Below, piece after piece: positions 31,635-41,514 of a stretch of 64,000 nt of DNA. Source of the stretch: a virus (Duplodnaviria > Caudoviricetes). Below the pieces are notes generated by a model that was given only the letters and a program-made list of their open reading frames with translations, had not been told where the DNA came from and made no database searches. Location: IMG/VR virus record IMGVR_UViG_2706795806_000001, positions 1-64,000 of that record. One strand, 5' to 3'. A program made the translations under genes and the position numbers. Numbering within the stretch: the first letter of the stretch is position 1; every line of letters starts with the position of its first letter.

Positions 31635-32006
31635 ATGAATGCTGAGTATTATGCAAGACTGAGGTACGAGGAGAATAGGAATTATAAGTCTCCACGTATT
31701 TACTTTCTCAGGCAGATTCCTACACCATTAATATCTAAAGGTAAGGTTGAGTACAGGAACTTCAGTAGTTTGCAACACAGAGTCACTTTGCATGAAACTA
31801 TTGGCACACCTAGATATTGTGAATGGGGTGCTGACATTCAAAACTGTAAGGTAGTTTATACTTATTTCTGTTTGGATGTAGTTGTACTGTGTACACCTAG
31901 AGGTATTTACAGGCTCTATTACTACTATGAAAGTGGAACTCATGATGAAAGTCAAAAAGTTGCCAGAGATATATTATGGAAAAGATTATTTAGTTTAAAA
32001 AATTAA
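31635..32006 (+). CDS. Hypothetical protein
   Basis: ORF ending before a terminator. Confidence 0.5.
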   Translation: MNAEYYARLRYEENRNYKSPRIYFLRQIPTPLISKGKVEYRNFSSLQHRVTLHETIGTPRYCEWGADIQNCKVVYTYFCLDVVVLCTPRGIYRLYYYYESGTHDESQKVARDILWKRLFSLKN

Positions 32007-32008
32007 TT

Positions 32009-32057
32009 AAAGGAGTTGAGCGAAAGTGCTTGACTCCTTTTTTATTGTCTGTATAAT
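32009..32057 (+). promoter_or_regulatory. Fused terminator-promoter
   Basis: AGGAGTTGAGC/GCTTGACTCCT stem plus T-tract; TTGACT-16-TATAAT. Confidence 0.7.
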
Positions 32058-32094
32058 CGTACTCATAGACAAACAAACTAACTCGGAGAAAGAG

Positions 32095-32862
32095 ATGATT
32101 CACACAGAAGCAGTTATTCACAGTGTACTTACAGCTAAAGGAACACAGGCTTTGGTAGATGGAAAGACGCTTGGTAGCTTATACACATTGGATGAATCTA
32201 ATGTTGGGTTGAAGGGTTTAAGTCCAGCCTATGCAAGAAAACTGCACAATCGTACTTTGAAAGGATATCTTCAGACTTGCTACCAAATCAACGGACAAGT
32301 TAATACCATCCTAATGAAGATGGTTCACAACTTTGCCATGATTACAGGATTGATTGAGGTTGGTATTATTGACAGTGATAAATTTATGGAGGTATTCCCT
32401 AAGTTTGTGGCTAAAATGTATGCTACAGAGAAGACAGCAAAAGAGTTTGAAAACATAGAATCTTTTGAGGAGCTTGAAGAGTATTATGTAGTTTATTATA
32501 ATGACCAATTTGGTGTAATTAACCGTGATAAGTTCACCGATCTTGTTCCAGATGTTAAATCAGGTTGTTGGGAAGGTGGGTGTGATAAAGAGAAACTGAA
32601 AGAGTTACGAGCAACTAAACAGGCAAAGAAGCAATTGTTTTACACTAAGTCTTGTAAAGTTGATAAAAAGATTGTAGTTGTTTGTAAGGTTACAGGTGAA
32701 ATTTTCACAGTATTCCCTAGCACAAACTTCAATCACCGTAAGTTTTCGGATCAACATCGTGGTATGTCATTCGATGAAATTAAAAATCTTGTAGAGTTGA
32801 AGTTCTATAAAGAGAAAGATTTAGAATGGTTTAAACAATTTGAAACAGAGGTTAAAGTATAA
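32095..32862 (+). CDS. Hypothetical protein
   Basis: Promoter, AAACAAAC leader, GGAG RBS. Confidence 0.6.
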   Translation: MIHTEAVIHSVLTAKGTQALVDGKTLGSLYTLDESNVGLKGLSPAYARKLHNRTLKGYLQTCYQINGQVNTILMKMVHNFAMITGLIEVGIIDSDKFMEVFPKFVAKMYATEKTAKEFENIESFEELEEYYVVYYNDQFGVINRDKFTDLVPDVKSGCWEGGCDKEKLKELRATKQAKKQLFYTKSCKVDKKIVVVCKVTGEIFTVFPSTNFNHRKFSDQHRGMSFDEIKNLVELKFYKEKDLEWFKQFETEVKV

Positions 32863-33278
32863 TGGCTAAGTTCCTTAAACAAAATCAAGTGAAAGTCGGC
32901 ACTACAATGTATGTGACACACCCAAAGTTCAATGGGATTGAATGTAAGGTAGTTACCTCTCGCCCTGTACTTGATACATCGAATAGTTGGGCTTTCACAA
33001 AGTTTAAATACAAAACTGTAAGCCACCATTCAATTGAAAATGGTAAAGCTGTACCATTGGAGGCATTCTTTAAAATTCGGGGAGAATGGAAAGAGCGTGA
33101 TGGTTATTGTGGAGATGATGGCATTCCAGATAAGGATGGGGTGTTTAACTATAAGCAAGAGCGTCGAGCCTTCCCTACACTCAACAAAGCTTTAGAGTAT
33201 TGGGTGTCACAACAAACACCTGAGAACAAAAAGCGTTGGAAAGAGGAAGATGCAAGAAATTCTGATTGGGATTGGTAA
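32862..33278 (+). CDS. Hypothetical protein
   Basis: Coupled ORF. Confidence 0.6.
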   Translation: MAKFLKQNQVKVGTTMYVTHPKFNGIECKVVTSRPVLDTSNSWAFTKFKYKTVSHHSIENGKAVPLEAFFKIRGEWKERDGYCGDDGIPDKDGVFNYKQERRAFPTLNKALEYWVSQQTPENKKRWKEEDARNSDWDW

Positions 33279-33552
33279 ATAGTTGTTGACAACATGCCTT
33301 GAGGGTGGCATAATACCCTCATCAAGACAAACAAACTATCTGGAGATTGAAGTGAAGAAAATGAATGCACCACGTATTGAAGCTGACACACATAAAGATG
33401 TACTTGAACAGCGAGAGCGTCGAAAGTTAAATGGTCGTAAGAAGCATAGTGGTGGAGCTGGTAAATCTAAACAGAACACAAAATGGTATGATCACTGGGA
33501 TTAATCTCTCAGTGCAGTTAAAACCTTTTAAATTATTTGGAGTGTAAACAAT

Positions 33553-34692
33553 ATGAAATTCATTAAATTCCCAAGCCTAAACAATGTTTCAAGTGCTATG
33601 TCTGTCAACCGTGTAGAAAATGCAGGGCTTACAGCTCCTAATGTACAGTGGATGGTTACTGAAAAGATTCATGGTGCTAACTTTGGTATCTACAGTGATG
33701 GGGTTCAGATAAAATCAGCTAAACGTACAGGTTTTGTTGAAGATGGTGAGAACTTCTTTGATAGTCGTCGAGTGGTTGAAGATCATTCACCGATCATCAA
33801 GAACCTTGCAAAGACAATCCTTGAATCACTTCGTAGTGCTGTACGTGTTTCAATCAACAAAGATATTGTTGGAAGCCCTTATGCTATTGTGTATGGTGAG
33901 TTGTTTGGTGGTAGTATTCAAAAGAATATGCCATATCAAGAGAAACAAGATTTTTGTATCTTTGATTTTGTTATTGTCCTAGATGATGTAAATAAAGATA
34001 TCGTAGAGGAAATGTTTGAAACTGGAGTGATTAGTGGCATCAACCATGTTGAAGATAAGTTGATCCTTGCACCATCAAACAAGTTATTTATGTTTGAGGA
34101 TATGAAGCGTCACGGATTGCTGACAGCACCATTGTTGAAGGTTGGAACATTTGCTGAGTGTATGGCTGTATCAAACGATTTTGAATCAGTATTCACAGAC
34201 AATGCTCGTGTCAATAACTTACAGTTGAGTGAAGAGTTCCGTAACCTTCGTTGTAAGTCTGAAGGTTTGGTTATCGAGCCAGTAGTAGGATTGTACATCT
34301 CTCAACAGCGTGTATACCTGAAGAATCGTTCTGTTAAGTTTGAAGAAAAGAAGAGTGAGCCGAAAAAGAATGTAACTCAAATGCAGTTAGATACTCTTTC
34401 ACCCAAAGCTATCTTTGTTCTTGAACACATTGAAGATCGAATCTGTGAAAACCGATACAACTCTGTAGTGAGTAAAATTGGTGAGGTTAGCATCAAGGAC
34501 TTTAACATGGTATCTGGATTATTACTTCAGGATGCTTTGGAAGACTTTGAAAAGGATGAGCTTTATGATATGGATACAGACACTGTAGGTAAAACCTCTG
34601 TGTACTTAGATAAGGCTGAATATAAAGCAGTATCAAAAATTGCATTATTTTCTATCGGAAACCTAATTCGCCCATTGCTTTTAGTAAAATAA
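33553..34692 (+). CDS. RNA ligase, Rnl2 family
   Basis: EKIHGANF, KR, YGELFG, FD, EGLVI, LK.RS..F.E. Confidence 0.9.
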   Translation: MKFIKFPSLNNVSSAMSVNRVENAGLTAPNVQWMVTEKIHGANFGIYSDGVQIKSAKRTGFVEDGENFFDSRRVVEDHSPIIKNLAKTILESLRSAVRVSINKDIVGSPYAIVYGELFGGSIQKNMPYQEKQDFCIFDFVIVLDDVNKDIVEEMFETGVISGINHVEDKLILAPSNKLFMFEDMKRHGLLTAPLLKVGTFAECMAVSNDFESVFTDNARVNNLQLSEEFRNLRCKSEGLVIEPVVGLYISQQRVYLKNRSVKFEEKKSEPKKNVTQMQLDTLSPKAIFVLEHIEDRICENRYNSVVSKIGEVSIKDFNMVSGLLLQDALEDFEKDELYDMDTDTVGKTSVYLDKAEYKAVSKIALFSIGNLIRPLLLVK

Positions 34693-34755
34693 GGTAGTAC
34701 AATACTCTCATGGTGTTCGGGAATAGTCTTGGACACCAACATCAAGGAAATTGAA

Positions 34756-35067
34756 ATGAACAAGTTAAAAGATATTATCAAGAACTCAAACTCTCGTATG
34801 ATGGTTGTAACATTTGTGAAAGCAGATGGAACTATTCGTACAATGTATTGCAAGAAGGGTGTTAAGCGTTTTAAACCTCAGACATCTAAACGTACATACA
34901 TTAAGGTTGCAAGCCGTAAAGGTGTAAAGATTCGTGGGTATAAGGTAAAGGATTTGGATATTGTTCGTGTTTTTGATTGTGAGAAGAAAGAGTACCGTTG
35001 CTTTAAGATGTCAACTGTGGTACGATTAACTTGTGGTAATAAACTGTGGAGTGTTGAAAATGCTTAG
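34756..35067 (+). CDS. WYL_2/DUF2693-like SH3-barrel protein
   Basis: VTFVKADGTIRTM...FD.EKK.YR.F pattern. Confidence 0.6.
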   Translation: MNKLKDIIKNSNSRMMVVTFVKADGTIRTMYCKKGVKRFKPQTSKRTYIKVASRKGVKIRGYKVKDLDIVRVFDCEKKEYRCFKMSTVVRLTCGNKLWSVENA

Positions 35068-35608
35068 TGTAATCAAAGCTAAAGGTGATGTACTTGTACC
35101 TGAAACATATCTAAATCAAGCTGATGCAGATCGTGATGTGTTTGTTGTTCAAGGTTGTAATGCTCAAGGGGTTATGGGTTCAGGACTTGCTAAACAAGTA
35201 AAGTCTAAATTTATTCGGGCATTTGAGGCTTATCGAAAAGATTTTAATAAACCTCTGACTGATGTTGAGAAGAAAGAGCTTCTTGGAAAAGTCTCTGTTG
35301 CTAGGTATGACAGACCAAATGGTTTAAGTAACTTGATTATTTGTAATGCAATTACACAGTTTACTTACGGATTTGATAAGCGAGTTCGTTATACAAGTTA
35401 TGATGCTGTTGACTTGGCTGTGGTAAATTTAATTAAGCGTATTTCAGCAATTAAAAATCGTAACTCAAGTGTTGTTATTGCAATCCCTAAATTGTTTGCA
35501 TCTGATCGTGGTAATGCTGACTGGGGTGTTGTTAAAAAGATTATTAAGAGTCGTTTAGAGGATTCAAGCCTTTATGTAACCCTTTATATTGTGGAGCATG
35601 ACGTATGA
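35060..35608 (+). CDS. Macrodomain (ADP-ribose binding/hydrolase)
   Basis: GD, QGCNAQGVMGSGLAKQ, N..TQ, IP....G...W. Confidence 0.85.
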   Translation: MLSVIKAKGDVLVPETYLNQADADRDVFVVQGCNAQGVMGSGLAKQVKSKFIRAFEAYRKDFNKPLTDVEKKELLGKVSVARYDRPNGLSNLIICNAITQFTYGFDKRVRYTSYDAVDLAVVNLIKRISAIKNRNSSVVIAIPKLFASDRGNADWGVVKKIIKSRLEDSSLYVTLYIVEHDV

Positions 35609-35999
35609 GTAAGAAAAAATTCAACCGTGTAGAGTTAGAGTTCCCAAACAACCTACATGATGGTAAGCTATTGGCTACAGCATACAGTGAGTTTGGACAA
35701 GGTTGGCAAATACCATTGCGTAACATGACACCAAATGATCTTCGTCGTATTGCTGATGAGATGGAATTGCTTGGAATCGAACCTGATGAATTTGGAGGTG
35801 CAAGAAAAATATGTCAATGAGTATATACAAGAACACCATTAAGGGTGTAGTATATGAGATTCGTGAATACAACTGGGGTCGTAATGAATATGACCTCATT
35901 GTTGACGGAAGTATGAAGTTAGACAGCAAATGTAAAGATGAATGCTTTATGAAAATTTTGGAGATGGCTGGAGATGACAATGACAATGGCAAAAAATAA
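35605..35999 (+). other. Two small hypothetical genes
   Basis: Coupled ORFs 35605-35820 and 35811-35999. Confidence 0.5.
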
Positions 36000-36930
36000 A
36001 ATTACTTTGAATGTTAAAGGTGTTCGAGGTGATCGTAGTATCCCTTTTGTAGTTCATCATTTCAATGATGGCACATACCAAGTTCGAGTTCCTAGTATCT
36101 CTCGTGAAGAGCTTACACCAGTATTTAAAATCAGTTGTTTTGTGGATACTTTAGATGACCTGATTATTGTAGGTATGTTGACAGATATCATAAAACGTAA
36201 TACTCGTCTTGATCGTGCTTGGGTTGAGTTAGAATTAACATCTCCAGCATACACACGTTATGATCGTGTAATGCACGAAGATCGCTCAGATGCTCTTGGT
36301 TTGCTTGTGTTTGCCAATATGGTTAAGGCAACTGGTGTTGATGATGTAATCCTGAATGATCCTCACAGTGAGGTTACAGTACGTGTACTGAAGGCTTTAG
36401 GTTTGTGTGTTGATGTTAAACACCAGAAGGATTGTCTACTTGAAGTTATGTTCCCGAATGAATATGATCGTAAGAGTAAGACCTTTGACAACATCAAAGA
36501 GAATTACATCATCTTCTGTCCTGATGCTGGAGCTAAAAAGAAACTTGGAGATGTTGCAGACTTTACTTGCTATAAGGATCGTGATCCAAAGACAGGTAAG
36601 ATTCGAGGTTTTGGTATTGAACACTATGATGACCTATCATTCTTAAATGAATCTCGTCAATCAATTTTAATTATTGATGACATTTGTGAGAAAGGTGGAA
36701 CATTCTTAGGTACTGTTCAGGCTATTAGAGATGCTGGTTGTACTTTGCCTGTTAGTCTTTATGTGACTCATGGAATCTTTCCTGAAGGCACACCGTTTGA
36801 AGATTTAACAAAAGCTCTTGATGCTATTTATGTACACAGTATGCCAGAAGATGCTCACTACCGTTGTGCTTTAAACATATCTCGTGATGGTGGAACTTTT
36901 AATTGTGTAAATATTTATAAAAGTTTCTAA
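35980..36930 (+). CDS. Ribose-phosphate pyrophosphokinase homologue (probable ADPR-PP synthetase, NARP1 Adps)
   Basis: F.DG, Y.RYDR, DPHS, PDAGA, K.R, IIDDICEKGGTF, THGIF. Confidence 0.85.
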   Translation: MTMAKNKITLNVKGVRGDRSIPFVVHHFNDGTYQVRVPSISREELTPVFKISCFVDTLDDLIIVGMLTDIIKRNTRLDRAWVELELTSPAYTRYDRVMHEDRSDALGLLVFANMVKATGVDDVILNDPHSEVTVRVLKALGLCVDVKHQKDCLLEVMFPNEYDRKSKTFDNIKENYIIFCPDAGAKKKLGDVADFTCYKDRDPKTGKIRGFGIEHYDDLSFLNESRQSILIIDDICEKGGTFLGTVQAIRDAGCTLPVSLYVTHGIFPEGTPFEDLTKALDAIYVHSMPEDAHYRCALNISRDGGTFNCVNIYKSF

Positions 36931-37006
36931 AAGTATTTGACAAACAGTGTTGAGGGTGTAATAATACCCTCATTGAAACAACAAACCAACTCGGAGAAAT
37001 ATATAC

Positions 37007-38857
37007 ATGAACTTCAATCAATTCTTTGAAAAATTTGAAGGTGCTACATCAACTTTAGCTAAACAGGCTATTATGGAAGAGTATCTGTCAAATCAAGTAC
37101 CAGCTTTAAACCCATTCCTGTATTGGACTGACTCTTACAAGATTTCACACATCACTTTTGAAACAAAAGGTGTTGAGAATATCTACTCGAATGCTACAGC
37201 TCGTTTCTGTAAATATATGCGAGAGCTTCTTGGTGAGCATTATGATGATACATTTGTTGTGTTTGGTATCCAATGGATGATGATTCGTTTTCACTTGATG
37301 GCTAAGAATGGTTTCTTTGCTCGTGATAAAGATGAAGTTATGGATGAAATGCGTGATGTCCTTACACCTTATATTGGTCAGGATCGCTTCAAGCATTTTG
37401 AAGACCTACATGATATGCAGTATGTGCCTTTGATTGTTAAATCAATTGACGAAGGTTCTGTGATGCCTATCGGTATGCCTTTCTACACTTGTGAAAACAC
37501 TGTGAAAGAGTTTGAGTGGTTAGCAAACTTCCTTGAGTCTGGTATGTCTACAGATACATGGAAACAAATGACAGTTGCAACTATTGCTTATGCTTTCCGT
37601 AAGATTAGCAATCAATTTGCAATGGAGACACAAGGTAATTTGGATGGTGTAGATTTCCAAAACCATGACTTCCATACTCGTGGAGCTAGTGGTATGGAAT
37701 CTGGAGCTGTAGCTGGTGTGGCGTTCTCTTTATCTTCTTTAGGTACAGATAACCTACCATCATTGTGGGCTTCTCGACACTTTTACTTTTCACGTAACAC
37801 TAAAGAACGTCAGTTCCAAGCGTCAGTCCCTGCTGGTGAACACTCAGTTACTACTTTGGGTATTCTAACAGAACAACGTCGAGCTGAAGCACGAGGAGAG
37901 GAGATTTCATTATCTGAAGCAGAGCGTCGATATACTCAGTGGATTATGAAAGAGCAGTTCCCAACAGGTATTGTATCTTTTGTAGCTGACAGTTTTGATT
38001 ACTGGAACTTCATTACTGAGATTGTGCCTTCGTTGTATGATGATATCATGGCTCGTGATGGCAAGTTTGTAGTACGTGGTGATAGTGGTGATCCTGTACA
38101 TATTATTGCTGGGTACAAGATTCTTGATCTTGACTCTAAAGATAGTGTACGTGGACGATTCCGTACTATTGAGCAGTTGAAATACAACACTCATTTATGG
38201 TGGGAAAATGGCATTGAGGTTATTAAGTTCAATGGTGAATATTACAAACTCAACTCAAAATTCTATGAAAATGGTATTTTAGAGACAATCAATGAAGAGA
38301 AGATTTCTCGTGAAGAGGCTCTTGGGACAATCGAATGTCTTTGGAATATCTTTGGTGGTGAGGTAAATGATCTAGGATTCAAACACTTAGACTCACACAT
38401 TGGGATGATTTATGGTGATGGTATTACTGTTCATCGTTCTGTTGATATCTTAACTCGTCTTCGTGACAAAGGTTTTGCATCAACAAATATTGTTTTTGGT
38501 GTAGGTAGTTATTCATTGAACATGCTTTCTCGTGACCATCTTGGTATGGCTATTAAAGCAACCAACGCCATCGTAGATATTGAAGGAACTTTGACAGATA
38601 CACCAATCTACAAAGAACCGAAAACAGATATGAGTAAGAAGTCTGATCGTGGTTACTTAGTTGTCCTGAAAGATGATGAAGGTAATTACACCAAGAAAGA
38701 TTTACAATCTCGTAAAGCAATGCTTGAGATTGGAGAGCTAACAACTTTGTATATGAATGGTCAATTCCATAAGTTTACAAATCTTGGGAAAATCCAAGAC
38801 CGACTGTGGGCTGAAAAGCCTGAACCAAAAGAGGTGGTTGAGGAGACTGTAGTATAA
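37007..38857 (+). CDS. Nicotinamide phosphoribosyltransferase homologue (probable NARP1 Namat)
   Basis: TDSYK.SH, HDF..RG, GTD, SVPAGEHS, VADS, R.DSGDP, IYGDGI, FGVGS, KKS.RG. Confidence 0.88.
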   Translation: MNFNQFFEKFEGATSTLAKQAIMEEYLSNQVPALNPFLYWTDSYKISHITFETKGVENIYSNATARFCKYMRELLGEHYDDTFVVFGIQWMMIRFHLMAKNGFFARDKDEVMDEMRDVLTPYIGQDRFKHFEDLHDMQYVPLIVKSIDEGSVMPIGMPFYTCENTVKEFEWLANFLESGMSTDTWKQMTVATIAYAFRKISNQFAMETQGNLDGVDFQNHDFHTRGASGMESGAVAGVAFSLSSLGTDNLPSLWASRHFYFSRNTKERQFQASVPAGEHSVTTLGILTEQRRAEARGEEISLSEAERRYTQWIMKEQFPTGIVSFVADSFDYWNFITEIVPSLYDDIMARDGKFVVRGDSGDPVHIIAGYKILDLDSKDSVRGRFRTIEQLKYNTHLWWENGIEVIKFNGEYYKLNSKFYENGILETINEEKISREEALGTIECLWNIFGGEVNDLGFKHLDSHIGMIYGDGITVHRSVDILTRLRDKGFASTNIVFGVGSYSLNMLSRDHLGMAIKATNAIVDIEGTLTDTPIYKEPKTDMSKKSDRGYLVVLKDDEGNYTKKDLQSRKAMLEIGELTTLYMNGQFHKFTNLGKIQDRLWAEKPEPKEVVEETVV

Positions 38858-38862
38858 TATTG

Positions 38863-38910
38863 AAGGGAGGTGAGCTTAGGCTTGCTTCCCTTTTTTGTTT
38901 CTGGTACAAT
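38863..38910 (+). promoter_or_regulatory. Fused terminator-promoter
   Basis: AGGGAGGTGAGC/GCTTGCTTCCCT stem plus T-tract; TTGCTT-17-TACAAT. Confidence 0.65.
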
Positions 38911-38934
38911 TTATTTTTATTTGGAGGATTTATT

Positions 38935-39459
38935 ATGGATGTTGTAAAATATTTAACACTACAGGAAGTGGCTCATGAAGACAAGGCTCTGAGATTACCT
39001 AGCTCATTTGGCTTTGTAGTACACCCAGACGGACGTTTGTTTCATCTGGTACGTCAGTATTATCATGGTGTAGCAATAGCCCTCCTAGAGCCTAAGAAGG
39101 CTGAAGAGTATGGTATTGGTTTACCTCTTCGTGATTATGTTGATGTCTATAAGTATCAAGACTTCATGTTTGATGTTGCAGATGATCTTGGGTATATTAC
39201 TGTTGGTCTCGGTATGTTTAATCGCATCTCTTATGATCGTAGTCAGAATATTTCAAAAGAACAGGTTGACACTATGAAGAAATACTTCTACAATACAGGA
39301 ATGTTAGAGGATACATTCATGACAAATCAGGGTGATGTATCTGGAGCAGAAGCTGTAAGAAACCTTGATGCACAGTATGCCAAAATTAAATTGAATGGTG
39401 GCTTGCACAAAGAGGTTGATGATGTTAAACTAATTGAACCAGATGAATTATTTAATTAA
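38935..39459 (+). CDS. Hypothetical protein
   Basis: GGAGG RBS. Confidence 0.6.
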   Translation: MDVVKYLTLQEVAHEDKALRLPSSFGFVVHPDGRLFHLVRQYYHGVAIALLEPKKAEEYGIGLPLRDYVDVYKYQDFMFDVADDLGYITVGLGMFNRISYDRSQNISKEQVDTMKKYFYNTGMLEDTFMTNQGDVSGAEAVRNLDAQYAKIKLNGGLHKEVDDVKLIEPDELFN

Positions 39460-39470
39460 GGTGAAATGTT

Positions 39471-39956
39471 ATGATGTTACCACACGGAATTTTCTTTAAA
39501 CCAAATGCTAAATTTCTAAACACTATGGCAAGTGAGTATAAGGATGTTGGAATCCTTGAAGCTGGTTCTGGTGTTGGTCATGTGCTAAAGGTTGTTAAGG
39601 AGTATGGGAAGAATTACGGTATCTCTGCAATGAGTAATATTCGTGGTTTTGATATTCATCGTCGAACTGAGTATGAAGTACCTGAGTTTGAAATCTTTAT
39701 GGCAGATGCACTAGATTTAACTGTGTACCATCAAAGACTTCAGGTTCTTGTGTGTCGTCCTGATCATGGTGGTTGGGTTAGTGAGCTACTGGAACAATTC
39801 CTATTAGGTGAAAAAGTGTGTAAGCGTTTCATTTATGTTGGGAAGCCTGAGAATATTGAAATTGATTTTGATGAAGATCAATTACTGCATGTACATAAAA
39901 AGGTAGAGGGTGTTGGTGAAGACAACGAAACAATGTTGGTTTGGGAGATTGTGTAA
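39471..39956 (+). CDS. Class I SAM-dependent methyltransferase-like protein
   Basis: ILEAGSGVGH motif I, GFD motif II, DA motif III. Confidence 0.5.
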   Translation: MMLPHGIFFKPNAKFLNTMASEYKDVGILEAGSGVGHVLKVVKEYGKNYGISAMSNIRGFDIHRRTEYEVPEFEIFMADALDLTVYHQRLQVLVCRPDHGGWVSELLEQFLLGEKVCKRFIYVGKPENIEIDFDEDQLLHVHKKVEGVGEDNETMLVWEIV

Positions 39957-40486
39957 TGAGTGGATTTTTGATGTCCTTGTGTATCTTGGCATTCCTGTTA
40001 TTATTGGTATTTCTTTTCTTTTTGATTAAAGGTGCTAATGATGAAGAGATAGCGAAGATGCCAGTAAGTGTCAATCGTGGTGAATTAATAAGCTCTGTCA
40101 AGATGAAGTATATTCATGCTTATGAGTGGGCTGTAAAACATCTTAGTGTTGATACCAACGCTTTGAATGAATGGAAGGCATATTCCGAAGAGAAGAAGCA
40201 TGAACGGTTTGAATACAACCTCTGCTATCAAGTATCTCGGTACAGTCATTATCGTCCGAAGAACTTCCCGAAGATGAAAAATGAAGTTACAAATGGAAGT
40301 CTGTATGATTGCTATAATGCCAGAAACTTTATGATTGAATTCATTGGTATTGTAGAAGATTTGAAGAAAGACCATGAGCTTGTAGACCTTTGTGATCAAT
40401 ATAAAGTTCCTGTAGATTTTGGTGTAATTGGATCAAAACGTAAGTATGATTCTCGTTACTCTAGTTATGAAGGGAGATGGCTTTAG
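39956..40486 (+). CDS. Membrane-anchored hypothetical protein
   Basis: N-terminal TM helix. Confidence 0.55.
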   Translation: MSGFLMSLCILAFLLLLVFLFFLIKGANDEEIAKMPVSVNRGELISSVKMKYIHAYEWAVKHLSVDTNALNEWKAYSEEKKHERFEYNLCYQVSRYSHYRPKNFPKMKNEVTNGSLYDCYNARNFMIEFIGIVEDLKKDHELVDLCDQYKVPVDFGVIGSKRKYDSRYSSYEGRWL

Positions 40487-40755
40487 ATACGCCAGCGAGA
40501 CAAGGGATGAGACAAAGACTTCAGAGGGACTTCTTGGGGTAAGCTCCAGAAGAGATAGGATGAGAGCCAGATGCTCTGCAATAACAGAGTTGAGTAACAC
40601 TATTAGAGATACTGAATCCGTGTTAAATGAGCAAAGTAGAATCCTTGAGATGGCTGTTAAAAATATTTAAATTATTTTGAAATAAGGGTTGACATACAGC
40701 CCTTGTCTCTATAAAATGAACCACATAGACAAACAAACCAATCGGAGTAAACACT

Positions 40756-41439
40756 ATGAACTTTTTAAAGAAACTTTTCACTATCGGTACTAACGTAGTA
40801 ACAGAAGCTGGTGAGAAAACTGTAGATAATTTAGTTGATATTCGTCGTGAAGGCAACGGCATTATCCGTAAACTTGATTCAAACATTAAAGCAATTGAAT
40901 CTCGTGTGGAGGATGCACAAGTTAGTGTGAACTTAGCTAAGTTAGAAATTAAAGAGAGTGAGCCACGTATTACTGCAATGAACAAAGTAGCTAAACGTGC
41001 TGTTAAATCTGGAAATGATGGAGATGCTTTAAATGCACTATCTCAGGTTGAAAGTATGGAAATGATGAACACAAGCCATCAATCAACTATTGAAACTTTA
41101 GAACCTATCATTAAAGAGCAATTGGCAAATGTTCGTACATTAAAGACTGAACGAAATCAACTGCAAAGTGAGATCACTCGTCTTGATATCGAAGAGAAAG
41201 CTTACAAAGCTAAATTACAATTACTTGGTGGAGGTGCTGGTGATATGGCGTTTAATGTTGATGAACTTCGTAACCGTGTGAAGCGTGTTAAAGCTCAAGT
41301 TGATGCAAAACAAGTTATCAAGAATAACTCTGTAGAAAACCTTGAACAGAAATACAATGTTTCTGGAAGTAGTGTAACAGCTACAGCTCAAGAGCGTTTG
41401 GAAGCTTTGAAAGCTAAGAACTCTGAAAAAGAAGATTAA
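40756..41439 (+). CDS. PspA/IM30 (ESCRT-III-like) family protein
   Basis: N-terminal amphipathic FLKKLF helix, long coiled coil, A..AV.SG.D..A, C-terminal ERLEALKAK; own promoter and terminator. Confidence 0.75.
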   Translation: MNFLKKLFTIGTNVVTEAGEKTVDNLVDIRREGNGIIRKLDSNIKAIESRVEDAQVSVNLAKLEIKESEPRITAMNKVAKRAVKSGNDGDALNALSQVESMEMMNTSHQSTIETLEPIIKEQLANVRTLKTERNQLQSEITRLDIEEKAYKAKLQLLGGGAGDMAFNVDELRNRVKRVKAQVDAKQVIKNNSVENLEQKYNVSGSSVTATAQERLEALKAKNSEKED

Positions 41440-41444
41440 TTAAT

Positions 41445-41493
41445 AAGGCAATCATCATAAGGTGGTTGCCTTTTTTATTGCCTATGTTATAAT
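41445..41493 (+). promoter_or_regulatory. Fused terminator-promoter
   Basis: AAGGCAATCATC/GGTGGTTGCCTT stem plus T-tract; TTGCCT-16-TATAAT. Confidence 0.7.
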
Positions 41494-41514
41494 AAATTAA
41501 ATTAGGAGGTGTAT

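Noticed and set aside
40428-40670. Programmed frameshift extension of the 39956 gene
   Set aside because: No clear slippery site; it could equally be a small independent ORF, so it is unsupported
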